Shown piece after piece: positions 1 through 12,059 of a stretch of 64,000 nucleotides of DNA. Source of the DNA: Rebecca billardiae RCC1528 (Eukaryota; Protista; Haptophyta); contig OZ251227.1 in the NCBI GenBank assembly GCA_965240325.2, positions 3,286,001 through 3,350,000 of the forward strand. The letters are read 5' to 3'. The notes below the pieces were generated by a model, which was given only the letters and a program-made list of their open reading frames with translations, searched no databases and had not been told where the DNA came from. A program made the position numbers and the translations under genes. Position 1 is the first letter of the stretch; each line of letters begins with the position of its first letter.

Positions 1-415
1 CGCCCGGGCCCTTGACCTCGTGCGTCGCGCCGCCGCCGTCCACAAACTGCCAGTGGCGCGTGAGCAGCTGCACGGTGGCGCTGCCCGTGTTGCGCAGCGT
101 GAGGCGGTAGGTCCACACGTGCTCGCGCCCCGCCGCCCCCTCGCCCGCCTCGTCCCGCGCCTCGTGGAACGCCTCGGCGAAGATCTCGACGCCGTGCGTC
201 ACGGTCAGAGAATACGGCGGGATCTTCTCGCCGCACCGCATGTCGCGCCGCGCGGCGGGCGGCGCGGTGCGGCGGATCTCGTCGGGCCTGAGCGAGTCGA
301 GCGGGTGGCTCGCGCCGTCCGGCGGTCCCGGGCGCGCGGACGGCCCGCGCGGCAGCAGCCACCACGCCGCCACCGCCACCAGCGCGATCGTGCATGCGGC
401 CCGCGCGGCCGCCAT
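1..415 (-). CDS. ApaG-domain protein with N-terminal hydrophobic segment; 3' end runs off the window
   Basis: Manual translation from ATG 415: MAAARAACTIALVAVAAWWLLP...HVWTYRLTLRNTGSATVQLLTRHWQFVDGGGATHEVKGPG. This matches the ApaG core (Y.I...N.G...VQL..R.W......G...EV.G.G). Not in the ORF track because no stop lies in the window. Confidence 0.85.
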   Translation of the reverse strand, partial: MAAARAACTIALVAVAAWWLLPRGPSARPGPPDGASHPLDSLRPDEIRRTAPPAARRDMRCGEKIPPYSLTVTHGVEIFAEAFHEARDEAGEGAAGREHVWTYRLTLRNTGSATVQLLTRHWQFVDGGGATHEVKGPG

Positions 416-749
416 GCTCGATGCTGCTGGGCCGGGGACTCACTGTGTCTTGACGTGTGCGCACGGGCGGTTGCTAGTACTTATTAGTAGTCCGTAGTCG
501 GGTGGTTCAGGCGTTACAAACATAGCAGTAGCGTAGCTACCGCGGCGGTCGTAACTACTGTAATCGGTATGAGCCGTTGTAGTAGTCCTGCTGATACATC
601 ATCATCATGTATCGTAGATAGATCCGACAGTGTCAACTAGAGTCAGAGAGATCTAACAGCGCGTGCTGATGGCGGCGGCAGCTCGCGCGCGGCCACACGA
701 ATGGCGTGGCGCGGCATTCTGATTATTCCATCCACGCTGGAGTGACGGT

Positions 750-3700
750 TCAGAGGCCCGCGCCCGGCGGCGCAGCGGGCGGCCCCTTCGGACCGCCAGC
801 ACCATGCTTCTTGTGCGCCGGCGGCGGCGCGGCCGCGTCCGCGGCTGCTCGGCTCAGCGCGTCTTCGAGTGAGAAGAAAAGCGAGTCGCGCGCCTCAAGC
901 CGCTGGCGCTCGGCGGCGGACGCGGCGGCGGCGGAGCGCGCGCGCAGCGCCGCGCGGCTCCGCTTGAGCTCGTCGCGCAGCTCGTCGCGCAGGGCTTGGA
1001 ACATCTCCGCGCACTCGCGCGCCTTGCCGATCTCGGCCGGCCACGGGCCCGCGCCCGCGCGCAGCACGTCTTGCCAGTCCCGCAGGTCCTCCGCGTCGCG
1101 GAGCAGCGACTCGAGCCCGGACTCTCGCCCGGACTCTCGCCCGGACTCGAGCCCGGCCGAGCACGCGGAGGCGAGGCGCTGCCGCTCGTGCGCCAGGCCT
1201 TTGAGTAGCAGCTGGCCCATCGTCACGCTCGAGTCGGCGACGCCGCGCGGCGCGGTCAGCTCGAACTGGCGGTCCTGCTCGGCGCGGCGGCAGCGCGCGC
1301 GCGTGCGGCGGCGCGGGGCGCGCGCGCCGTCGGCGCCGGTCGGCGTGCTGCGCGCTGGCTGGTGCGCGCGAGGTGTGCTCGCGCGGCGCGGCGCGAGCGC
1401 GGGGCACGCCGCGTGGCGCGCAGCAGGGCGCGCGCGCTCGCGCGGCCAGCCTGCAGACCCGGACCGACGGCCCGGACTCGGCGCGGCGGTGGGCTCGGTC
1501 CGGTCCGGCTGCGGAGTCGGCTCGGCCGGCGCGGGCCTCGCCTAACCCTAACCCTAACCCTAACCCTAAGATGCGCGCGCGCGCCGCGCGCGCGCACCAG
1601 CGCGTCGTGCGCCACCGCGCTGGGGAAGGCGGTGGCGCAGAGCAGCTCGCCGTAGAGCTGCAGCTTGGGCGCGAGGCTGTGCACTAGGTGGAAAGTACCC
1701 ACATTCAAGATCGCCATCTCGCCGGGGAGCAGCTCGACGAGCCGGGCGGACGGAAGCTTCCAGAAGGTTCGCCAGTCGAAGGCGGCGGGCGCCCGCGCCT
1801 CCGCCTCCGCGCCGTCGTCGAGCCCAAACTTCGCGCCGTCGGGCTGCGACCAGACCGCGCTCAGCTCATACCCGCCATACATGCGCTTCCACGTGACCGT
1901 GCCGTAGTTGTCGCGGTGGTACTCCGTCGACGCGCCCGCGTGAGTCAGAAGCAATTTCGGCGCGAAGATCGAGGCCAGCTTGTGCTGCTTCAGCCGGAGC
2001 GGCTCGCGCGCCGCGCCGCCGCGCAGCGAGATGTGCCCGGGCCACTCGTGCAGCCAGTTGGCGCCGCTGAACCACGGCTCGGGCGCAAACTGCCCGCGCA
2101 GCGAAGAGTCCTCCAGCTTCCAGTTGAGCACTTTGGGCTGCTCGGCGCTCGGGCAGATTTCATCTCGGCGGCGGCGGCTCGCCGGCAGCCGCCACCACGC
2201 ATCGAGCGTGAGGCTCCCGTCGGTGCACACGCGGCGCTCCGCGTTGCCCCGCTGCCGCACGAGCCACCCCTGCAGCTCCCGGCCGTCCGCGGGCGACGCC
2301 AAGCCGCTCACGTCGCGCGCCGCCGCGCCGAGGGTTTCGTCAATCGGGCCGAACGGCACCGCCGCTCCCGCCGCCAGCCGCAGCACGAGCGAGCTCGACG
2401 CGCGCAAAAAGGCGTGCAGCGAGCGGCGGCCGTCGAGCGGCGCGGCGCGCGCGGGCACGAAGAGGCGCGACTGCGGCCGGCTGCGCGCGGCCGCGTCGAA
2501 CGCGGCTCGAAACGCCGAGCCCGCCGCCCACAGCGACGAGTGCCGCACCCGTTCGGCAAACGCGGCATACTCGGCCGTGCCAGCGAACGGCCCGCTGTCG
2601 TCGAAGGCGGCCGGCGGCGACACGAAGCTGCACGCCGGCGCGAGGGGCGGCAGCGCGGCGCCGGACTCGCGCGGCGGCTGCGGCGGCGGCTGCGGCTGCG
2701 GCTGCGGCTGCGGCTCCTCTGCGCGAGAGCGCTTCGGCACGCGCTCGGCCGGAGACGGCGCGGCGGCAGCCGCGCCTGCGCTGGCGGCGGCGGCGCGAGC
2801 CGGCGGCGCGCGGGGCACCGTGCCCTCCTCCTCCTCGCGCGCGCGCCGTGCCGCGCCGCCGCGCGCGCCGCCCTCGCTCGGCGCCGCCGCGCACGCGCCG
2901 CCATGGCAATGGCCCTGCTCGTCCGGCGGCGCGACGACGCTGCACTTGACGCCGGCCGCCGCGCCGTGCGGCAGCTGCACGCGCACGTGGCGGAACGCAG
3001 CCGTGCACGCCCGCTGCTGCGTCGCATGCTGACGAGTCGTCTTCGCCCGCCCGCCGTGCGCAGAGCTCGGGCTAGGGTTAGGGTTAGGGTTAGGGGGAGG
3101 GTGCCAGCTGGGCACACGCACGCTGACCACCCGACCGGGCGCGCCGCCAATGGGGACGATGAAGGTGACGAGCACGCCGCCGCACGGCGCGGCGCTCGGC
3201 GGCGTGCACACGTCGGCCACGAGCTCGCGCAAGGGCGGGCTCGGCTCGGCGGGCTCGTGCGCGCGCGGCCGCCCCGTGGCCGCAGCCGCAGCAGCCGGCG
3301 GCGGCGGCGGCGCGTCCGCGGCGCCGCGCGCGTTGGCGCGCGCGCGCGTCGCGCGCGCGCCGTCGGCGGGCGCGTCGGTGTCGGCGGCGGCGTCGCCCAG
3401 CTCGGCTGGGGTGTGCCCCACGCCCGGCTCCTCGTGCCGCGCGCGCAGGACCCCGTCCCACGCGCGGTGCCAGATGCCGAGCTTCAGAGCAAGGTCTGCG
3501 CGGCTCAGCACCGCGCTTAGCCCGAAAGGCTCCTCGTCGCGTTCGAGCGGCCAGAGGACCTCGCGCAGCTCGGGCTTGACGTACTTCCACAGCTGCTTGA
3601 AGCAGAGCACGTGCCGCAGCTTCTCGCGCCCCTCGCCCTCCGCCACCGAGCGCGCCCAGCCGGCGCGCGCCTCGCGCCACTCCGGGACGAGCGCGCGCCC

Positions 3701-4165
3701 GCCGCGCAGCCGGCTCTCGAGGCCGAGGAGCAAGTCGGCGTTGGCGTGCGGGCGGAGGCGCTCGTCGAGCTCGGCGCACGGCGCGAAGCCGCACAGCGCC
3801 ACGCCCGCCCCGGCGGGCGGCTCGCCCGGCGCCGCCTCGCCGTGCACGGCGCCAAGCAGCGCCGCGCCGCGGACTCGGTTCAGCCACGCATCCGCACCCT
3901 CCCACGGTGTGGGCGAGGCGGCGCGCAGCCGCTCGGCGGTGCCGAGCAGGCCGAGGCGGATGATGCACGCCTTGCTCTCCGCCAGCTGCGCGCCGTCCAG
4001 CGCCGCCGCCGTCGCCGCGCGCCACACGTCGCGCACGCACTTCTCGCCATCCGCCACGCGCGCGCGCACGACCCCCCACGTGCGCGCGCCGCCGCCGGCG
4101 CAGCCAAAGACGACGACGTCGAGCTCGGCGTGCGGCGGCAGCATCGGCCCGGCCGGGAGCTCCAT
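750..4165 (-). CDS. JmjC-domain (2OG-Fe(II) oxygenase-like) protein; likely one intron at 1275-1597
   Basis: Contains LLLTHAGASTEYHRDNYGTVTW...LVELLPGEMAILNVGTFHLVHSL (HxD...H triad in a cupin fold). First ATG at 4165. Splicing GTGCGC (1597) to GAGCAG (1275) gives in-frame AHDAL|DRQFELTAPRG and joins the 750..1226 ORF. Confidence 0.7.
1541..1569. repeat. Interstitial telomere-type repeat (CCCTAA)x~5 in the predicted intron
   Basis: cctaaccctaaccctaaccctaaccctaa. Confidence 0.9.
3073..3095. repeat. Interstitial telomere-type repeat (TTAGGG)x~4, read as PNPNPNP in the JmjC ORF
   Basis: tagggttagggttagggttaggg. Confidence 0.85.
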
Positions 4166-4374
4166 CGCGCGCGCGCGATCCTCGACGGGGGCGTCCGAGC
4201 CGCACGAGCACCGGCCCGCAAGCGCCAACCGGCTACGGTCGACGGCGGCCTCGCCCCGCCCGGCTCGCCGCTCGCTCGCGACGCGCGGCGCGAGTCCACC
4301 CCCGCCGTGCACGTCCGGGCGCCGGGCACCGGACTGCCGACTGCGCGCGGCCTCTCTCTCCCGTCGACGAGACG

Positions 4375-4544
4375 ATGGCGGACGACGCGCTGCGGTACAA
4401 GCTCTTCCTCGACGAGGGCGCGCGCGAGGGCGGCGCGGCGGCCGTGGCCGAGGCGGCGCACGTGCTCATGCGACACGTGGCGCAGCACACTGACGCGTAC
4501 CTCTGGCACCGCGACCCGTTCGTCCTCGCGCCCGCGCCCGCGTG

Positions 4545-4590
<46 letters not shown>

Positions 4591-6931
4591 CCGCACCTGC
4601 GCGGCGAGATGCGCGTCGGCGACAACGTGGAGGACGAGTGGTTCGCGGTGTGGCTGCTGCTCGAGCTCACCGCCGCGTTCCCCGCGCTCACCGCCCACGT
4701 CGAGGACGCGGACGGCCAGTTTCTGCTGATCGAGGCCGCGGGCTGCCTGCCGCGCTGGCTCACGCCCGAGTGCGCAGACAACCGCGTGCTGCTGCGCGGC
4801 GGCCGCGTGCTGCTCGTGCCGGAGGCGGTGGCGCCCGCGCGCGAGCCCGAGACGGGCCGCGCCGCGCCGCGCCTCGCGCTGCGCGCCGCGCTGCGCGCCG
4901 CGCGCTCCGGCGCCGCGCCAGCGCACGAAGGCATCACCGCCGCCGTGCGCTCCCGGACTTGCGACTTCCCGGACTCGGCGGTCCGGGCGTCGCGCCACCG
5001 GAAGGTGTGCGTGCTGCCGCTGGCGGCGGCGCGCGTGCTCGAGCGCGCGCCGTGGCTGCTCGGGCCCGCCGTCGACGCCCTCTGCGCGCGCGACGCGCTG
5101 TCGATGCGCGCGGCCGCGCGCATGGCGGCGTTCAGCGGCGCGACGCAGCCGCTCGTCTCGACACGAATCCGCTTCACGCGCTGCGCGTACGCGATGCTGC
5201 TGGCGCAGCGGTTCGCGCCGGCGCGCGGCTCGGGGCTGCCGATGCCCGCGCCCTCCGACCCGCGCCACGCGCGCGCGCAGCTCAGCGCCAAGCTCTGCGC
5301 CGCGCTTGAGATGCTACTGCATGACGCGCGGCGCGAGCGCGACAGAACGGCCGCGGCCGCGGCCGGCGCCGAGCGCGGCTGTGGCGGCGCCGCGGCCGGC
5401 GCCGAGCGCGGCGGCGGCGCCGCGGCCGGCGCCGAGCGCGACAGAACGGCCGCGGCCGCGGCCGGCGCCGAGCGCGGCGGCGGCGCGGACGCGGCCGCGG
5501 ACGCGCAGGCGAGTGCGCATACGAAGCCCGGCGCGGCGGCGTCGGAGCCGGCTGGCGGTGGGTCGGGCGGCGGCACCGAGCTCGAGCGCGCTGCGCGCGT
5601 GCTCGCCGACGAGGCGCGCTGCCGCGCGCGACTCAACTCGCTTGGGCTTGACGCCGCGGCCGCCGCCGAGCGCGCCGCGCGCCTATGCGCTGCCGCCGAG
5701 CCCGCGGCGGCGGCGCCGGCGGCCGCGCGCGGCGGCGCGCTGGGTGCGCTCCCGCCTGTGTTGGAGGCGATGGAGGCGGGCATGGCGCTCGAGCCGGGCG
5801 AGGTGGAGGCTGCCGAGGCGGCCGCGCTCGAGGCGGGCGGCGCGCTGGGCCTTCTAGGCTCGCGACACCGAGCGCGGCCGCATCGCGCGGCGCAGCCGCC
5901 GCGGCCGCGGCCGCGGCCGCAGCCGCAGCCGCAGCCGCAGCCGCGCGCGGACACGGGGGCTGGGGCACGCCCACGCAGCGACGCCACGGCGGAGGCGGAG
6001 GCGGAGGCGCCGTCCTCCTCCTCCTCCGAGGACGGCGACGAGTGGATGTTCGTCCCGCCTGACGAGCTCGAGCAGCTGCTGCAAGCGCGCGCCGGCGCCG
6101 CGCCCGGCGCGCGCGCCGATGGGCAGGGCGCGCCCGCCGCCGCGCAGGCCACACCTGCCGCCGCCGCCGCGCACGGCGCCGCCGCCGCGCCCGTCGTGAG
6201 CGCCGAGGCGGGCGCGAGCGCAGGCGCGGGCGCGGACGCCGGCCGCTCTGCGCACCCGCCGCCGCCGGCGGGCGAGGCGGCGCCGAGCGACCGGCCGCGC
6301 GCGCAGCCCGCGCCGCGCGCGGCCGAGGCGGCGGCGGGCGGCGGGCCGCGCGCGCACCCGCCTCCGCCGGCGGAGGGGGAGGCTGCGGAGGATGGCGCCG
6401 AGATTGCAATCTCGGCGGAGGATGGCGCCGAGATTGCGAGCATGGTGCGCACGGTGGCGGCGTTCATGGGCGGCGCGTCGGACTTTGAGGGCGTGGAGCT
6501 CGGCGCCGAGCACGCCGTGAACGAGCGGCCGGCGGCGGGCGCCGCCGCCGCCGCCGCGGGCAATCAAAGTCTTGCAGCAACCAATCCTGGCGACGGCCGC
6601 GGCGCACGCGCGGGCGCGAGCTGGGCTGCTCCGGGCTTCCTCCAGCGCGCGCCCAAAGCGGGTACAGCGGGTACAGCGGGTACAGCGGGTACAGCGGGCG
6701 CAGGCGGCGCGGCGGCGCGGCCCCGCGCCGCGCCCGAGGACCCTCACGCGCCCATCACGCTCCGACCGCGCGTGCTTCGTCAACTGCTCAGCTCGCTCGC
6801 GCCGCCGGCGCGGGCGGAGGCGGGCGAAACCGCGGCGTGGGCGCCGGCGGCGCCGGCCGCGGACGGCGGGCGGGGCGAGGCGGCGCGGGCTGGGGCTCTG
6901 CCCAGCGCCGAGGGCTCGGAGGAGGGGAGCA

Positions 6932-6972
<41 letters not shown>

Positions 6973-7425
6973 AGCTGGGCGATAGGCGGCGCCTCGGACG
7001 ATGACGACGACGACGGCGACGGCGCCGCCGCGCGCGCCGCCGAGGCCGCCGCCGCCGCCGCCGCCGCCGGCTCGTCCGGGGCGGCGCGCGCACGGCCAAG
7101 CAGCCATGCTGATGCGGGGGCGGGGGCATCGGCGGCTCCTTCCTCCGAGGGGGAGGCGGCGACGCTGCGCGCGCTCATGGCAGCCATGGACGCGGAGCTG
7201 GGCGTGGCGCGCCCCGGGCCAGCGGACGTCGAGAGCGCCGGGGGCGGACGCGAGGGCGCGGCGGCGGAGCGCGCCAACCTGGCGCGGAGCATGCTGGCCG
7301 CCGCCGAGGCGCAGTCCGGGCTGCCCGGACCCGCCACCTCGCTGCTGGGCAGCCTGGGGGTGACGCTGCGCCCGCCGGCTGCACCGGCGCACGGCGCCAC
7401 CGACCCGTTCGCGCTGGACGAGTGA
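4375..7425 (+). CDS. ECD: Ecdysoneless/SGT1-family protein with low-complexity insertions
   Basis: YLWHRDPF; GDNVEDEWFAVWLLLELT; DADGQFLLIEAA..LPRWLTPECADNRV; C-terminal NLARSML...QSGLPGPATSLLGSLG are all characteristic of ECD/SGT1. Confidence 0.9.
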
Positions 7426-7636
7426 GGACCGGCCACCCGGCACGCCCGGCTGGTACCATTTTGAACCGTCCGGACGCCGCACCCGTCCGGACCTGACGTC
7501 ATTCGACTTTGACCGGCCGATTGAAACGGCCCACACGCGCGGCCCGGTTCGCTCGAAAACGCCCGTTCGGGCCCCGGCCGGGCCGGCTGCCGTGTGCGCG
7601 CTTGGACCCGCACGACCGTCGGCCCACAAGCGCAGG

Positions 7637-9922
7637 ATGCACGAGCCGGGCGCGCGCGCGCCGCTCACGCCGGTGAGCGGCGGCGCGAACCACGCGAAGA
7701 GCAGCGCGTCGAGCTGGGCCAAGCCACACACGCCCTCCTCCCCCGCCTCGCCCTTCGACGCCGCCGGCCGCACGCCCGCGGGCATCGGCGCGCGCACGAC
7801 GGCGGGCGTGGCCGCGCTCGCGTTCGGCGGCCGCGTCTCGCTGGTGAGCGCGGCGTGCTGGGCGGAGCTCTGCCGCCGCGGCGCGGAGCGCACGCACGAG
7901 GGCCTCTTCCGCACCGAGGTCGGCGCCGCCGAGCTCGACGAGATCGCCGGCGCGCTCGAAGCTTCGAATTGGCTTCCGACAGAGGTCTGTGCGATCGCGC
8001 GCGCCGCGAGCACAGACTGCCTGGCGACGCTGCTCAAGCGCACCGTGGCGGAGGACACGGCGCACCCGCTCTTCTCGCTCGACGAGATCGCGCGCCTCGA
8101 GGCCGCCGCCACCGAGGCGGCCGTCGCCAACGTGCGCGCGCGCATGCCGGACGGCCGCGGCGACACGGTCCGCTTCGTCACCGAGATTGGCGCCCATGTG
8201 TCCGCCTTCGAGCGGCACACGCGGATGGGCGTGCCGGCGCTGGCGTCCGCGCTCGCGCCGTGCCTGTTCCGCCTGCCCGACGGCGCCGAGCCGATGCAGA
8301 AGCTCACCGCCGCGCGCCAGTCTGTCCAACTCACGGAGCGGCTGATCCACGGCGCGCGCTTTGCGCTGCGCGCGGCCGCGGCCGGCGGCGGCGGCGGCGG
8401 CGCGGCCGGCGGCTCGGCCGGGCTGCCGCCCGTCGGGCCGAGCGTGAGCGTGACGCCGGCCAGCCCGGCGCGCTCCGAGTGCTCCCTCGCGTGCGTCGCC
8501 CCCTCCGACGGCACGCCGGACGCCGACGCCACGCCAACGCCAACGCCCTCACCCTCGCCGCGCGAGCCGGCATTGCGCGCGCCGCCGAGCGCCGCCGCGG
8601 CCGAGGCGGGCTCGCCGTCCGGCAGCGACGCGCGCGAGTGCGCCGAGCCGCTGTACACGCCGGCGCGCGGTGCGGCTGACGAGCCCCTCGACGCGCTGCA
8701 CACCGCGCGCGCCCACCCCGCCGAGCCCGCGCGCGCCAACACGGCCTGGGACGACGACGACGACGACGACGGCAGCTGGGAGCACGTCGGCCGCGCGTCC
8801 GCCGCGCTGAGCGCGCGCGGCTTCGTCTCGGCGGCAGAGGAGGCGCTGGCGCAGGTGCTGCTCGTCGCGCCCGCGGCGGACGCAGACGACCCGTGCTCCG
8901 CGCTGCGCCGCCGCGCCGCCGGCGGCGCGTCCGCCAGCGCGCCGAGCTCGCCAAGTGCGCGCGGCGCGCGGCCCGCGGGCGGCGCCGAGCGCGCGGCGGA
9001 CGGCGACGCTGGCGGCGGGTGCACGCCGCCGCAGCACGCGCGGTGCTCGTCGATCGGCTTCGAGTTCTACGCGACGCCGCTCTCGGCGCCCACCTCGCCC
9101 GGCGTGCTCGGCCGCGGCGGCGACACTCTCTCCCCCGGCGACCTGCTCGAGCGGCTGCTCGAGCGGCTCTCAGTGGCTTCAGGCACTGGCGGGCTCGGCG
9201 GCCACGGTGGCGCGTGCGACGAAGGGTGCAGCTCTGACGACCTGTTCGGCGAGCTGCTGAGCTCGCTGCCGGGCGCGGCGGAGGGCGCGGCGGAGGGCGC
9301 GTGCACCGACGCCGAGGCTAAGCTATATGCGCTCTTCGCCGCGCGCTCGCGCCCCGTGCCGACACGCGAGCTCTCGGAGCTGAGCGCGTCATCACTGTTC
9401 GGACCGCCTGGCGACGACGACGGCGACGACGACGGCGGTGACGCGGGCGGCGGCCTCGGCGCGTGGGCGCTGTCTGACCAGGGCTCGTCGGCCGAGTGGG
9501 AGGCGGAGGTCTCGGCGGGCTCCGGAGATTGCGCCGAGATCGAGCCGGAGCCGGCGGGCGCGGGAGATTGCGCCGAGATCGAGCCGGAGCGGACGTGTGA
9601 GGCGGTCGCGCGCGACCACCATCACCATGCGGCCGCGTCGCCGGCCATCCAGGCGGGCTCGGCGGCCGAGGCGCCTTGGCACCCGCTGCGCAGCCCGCAC
9701 CACGACTCGCTCGCCGAGCGCGACGGCACGCTGCCCGCCGCGCGCGTGCCTCTGCTCGCCGTGGACGTGGCCGCGGCCGCGGCCGCGGCCGCGGCGGCGC
9801 GCGGCGCGAGCGCAGCCGCCAGTGCCGCCGCCGAGACCGAGCATGGCCGCTGGCTGTGGATCTCGCCGTGCGCCATCCACGTGCGCGCGCGCGGCGGCGG
9901 CGGCGCCGAGCGGTGGGGCTGA
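7637..9922 (+). CDS. RhoGAP-domain protein (3' end uncertain; possible intron from 9881 and an extra exon toward ~10307)
   Basis: CWAELCRRG...EGLFRTEV (arginine-finger box), LATLLKR...HPLF and HVSAFERHTRMGVPALASALAPCLFR (box 3). ATG at 7637. A GTGCGC donor-like site lies at 9881. Confidence 0.75.
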   Translation: MHEPGARAPLTPVSGGANHAKSSASSWAKPHTPSSPASPFDAAGRTPAGIGARTTAGVAALAFGGRVSLVSAACWAELCRRGAERTHEGLFRTEVGAAELDEIAGALEASNWLPTEVCAIARAASTDCLATLLKRTVAEDTAHPLFSLDEIARLEAAATEAAVANVRARMPDGRGDTVRFVTEIGAHVSAFERHTRMGVPALASALAPCLFRLPDGAEPMQKLTAARQSVQLTERLIHGARFALRAAAAGGGGGGAAGGSAGLPPVGPSVSVTPASPARSECSLACVAPSDGTPDADATPTPTPSPSPREPALRAPPSAAAAEAGSPSGSDARECAEPLYTPARGAADEPLDALHTARAHPAEPARANTAWDDDDDDDGSWEHVGRASAALSARGFVSAAEEALAQVLLVAPAADADDPCSALRRRAAGGASASAPSSPSARGARPAGGAERAADGDAGGGCTPPQHARCSSIGFEFYATPLSAPTSPGVLGRGGDTLSPGDLLERLLERLSVASGTGGLGGHGGACDEGCSSDDLFGELLSSLPGAAEGAAEGACTDAEAKLYALFAARSRPVPTRELSELSASSLFGPPGDDDGDDDGGDAGGGLGAWALSDQGSSAEWEAEVSAGSGDCAEIEPEPAGAGDCAEIEPERTCEAVARDHHHHAAASPAIQAGSAAEAPWHPLRSPHHDSLAERDGTLPAARVPLLAVDVAAAAAAAAAARGASAAASAAAETEHGRWLWISPCAIHVRARGGGGAERWG

Positions 9923-10453
9923 GGGCCAGCCGCGCCTCAACGCCGACATCCAGCGCTCAGCAGCCGATGCCCAGGCGGGCGCAGCCGCGCAGCTGTTGCC
10001 GATTCGGCGGCTGACGACGCCTGCTGCCAATGTCGTCTTCCGTTCCAGTGTCCCCAGCCCGCGCGGGGCGGCCGTGGCGGAGCGCGCGGGGAGACTTCCG
10101 CGACAGCCGGGAGTCCCGGGTTCAGGCAGGCGCCGACCTCCGGACAGGTCCGGTCCGCTGATCCACTGTGACTCTGTGTCTGCCCCCGGGTGGCGACTGG
10201 CGAGTGGCCTGCGCGGCTGCGCACTCGGCCTCGGCCTCGGGCACGGTGCCGCCTGTCTGCTTATTAGTGCGGCGGAGTATGACGCTGCTACATTATATAG
10301 TGCTTGAGGGCCCCACATCACTCACCGTCTGTCTAGTGTCTCACCACAGACGGTTACCACAGCCACAGGCTGCCCGCAGCCCGGCCCCGGAGCGCGGCGT
10401 CGTCTCGTCTGAGTACTACGTGAGTACTACGTCTCTCGTCGACTCCGTCATCC

Positions 10454-12059
10454 GTGATGCCACTGGCCGTCGAGTCAGTCTCCTCCACGATGGAACACGC
10501 CTTCCCCAGGCTCTACGACGACGTCTCTCTCCAGCGGACCCTTAGGGGCCTCGCGTGGAACGCATCAAACAACGCACCACTTACGCAAACGCAGCGCATA
10601 ATCCGCATCAATAGGGTGTTCACGCCCAGCGCGCATCTCTCGCGAAAACAAGCACGAGAACAGCACCGCTACCGCAACATGAAACGCACTTCGACAGCAC
10701 CTCTTGGCCCTCGGGCGCAAGCGCACACATCGGCAACGAGATCTCGGCGGAGAGGAGCGGTGAGACAGCATTACCAGAAGCACCCCCCCTCCCAGCGAAC
10801 AGCGCACCTCAACACACATGCGCCCTCCCAACAGGAGCAGCAACTCCAGACCAACCACGTGCCCGACACCGACCCGCCGCCAGAGGACGACCTTCCAGGC
10901 GCAGAGGGAGAGCGATGGGTGCTAGTGCGCAGCGGCTCCCGGCACGACACGGTGCGTCGCACACACATACCCCCCCGCGACATGCCCCGCCGTCTCTCCC
11001 ATCGGGGACTTAGCCGCGCCGGGCGAGCGTAAATCGCGCGTGGGCGGCCGTTTCGCGCCATTAGCGGCTTTTGCGCCAGAAACGCTCACCGCTAACCCGG
11101 ACGGGCCGGCGAAATGCGCGGACGAAAGTCCGGAGCACCGGGCGCGCGCGCCGGATTTGCCGGGCCGGGCGGAGGCGAGGCGTAAAAACCCACCGCCGGT
11201 CGCGGGCGTCGCCAGAACGACGATGGCTGCGACGCAACCGCGACGCCCTGCGCCCGAGGCACTGGCCCGCGGAATGGCTGGCTCGACCGACGGGCCTACT
11301 GAGCAGGCGGGGACCGTGCGGCCGCGAGAGATGGGGAAGGAGAGAGCGCAACCGCAGGCGCAGCGGCAGCGCGTAGACGGCCAGCACGCTGGCGGCTCGA
11401 TGGAAGATGCGCCGCGCGGGGCGGTGAAGCTCGAGGACGCTGTAAACAGGAACAACCGCTCAAAGCCCCCCGGGACATGGCAGGCAGCTGCCCGGGGTCC
11501 CAGCTGTCTGAAAGTGCCGAACCGGCCCAGCAGTACCAGGACAGCTGGGAACTACTGCCCTGGCTGGACGCAGCCCCGCAAACACACCCGTGCGCTCAGG
11601 TTCGTACTAATGTGCAGCACCAGAGCACGTTCACGCACCTGCCCTGCGCATCTGCGACGGGCCGGACGACTGCGAAAAGGCAGCACTAGTAGTAGGAGGA
11701 GGAAGAGTAGGAGGAAGACTTGCAGGCATCGAAATCGTCACATCGCCCAAGCCCGGCCGGCACCAGGTGCATCGGTCGATCCATCAAGATTGCCCAGGCA
11801 GCGGCCTAAGGGCAACACAGCACCACCAACAGCAAGGCATGTGCCACTGCGCCGCACTATGCCCTACCACCGGACAGCACTGCCGGTAACCAGGCGTACA
11901 GTGCTGGCCTATGGGCGCAAGCTTCTGCAGCACACCGCCAGCAGGGTAGCAGTGCTCTCACAGCCCAGCAGACCAGGCCACGCGGACGCGCAGTGCGCCC
12001 AGCCCCCATACCACAACAGTGATCGGCAGCAGCCCACACCCCGACCGGTGCCAAAATGA
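10454..12059 (+). pseudogene. Putative LINE ORF1 region, split over two frames (10454-11032 and 11040-12059)
   Basis: Basic, low-complexity ORFs directly upstream of ORF2. The stop of the second overlaps the ORF2 ATG. A C7 run at ~10970 is a candidate frameshift site. No clear Gag knuckle seen. Confidence 0.35.

Noticed and set aside
5330-9600. Short coding repeats (AERDRTAAAAAG, GTAGTA, poly-D, GCCGAGAT-containing duplications in ECD and RhoGAP)
   Set aside because: Ordinary slippage-type low-complexity expansions in disordered regions.
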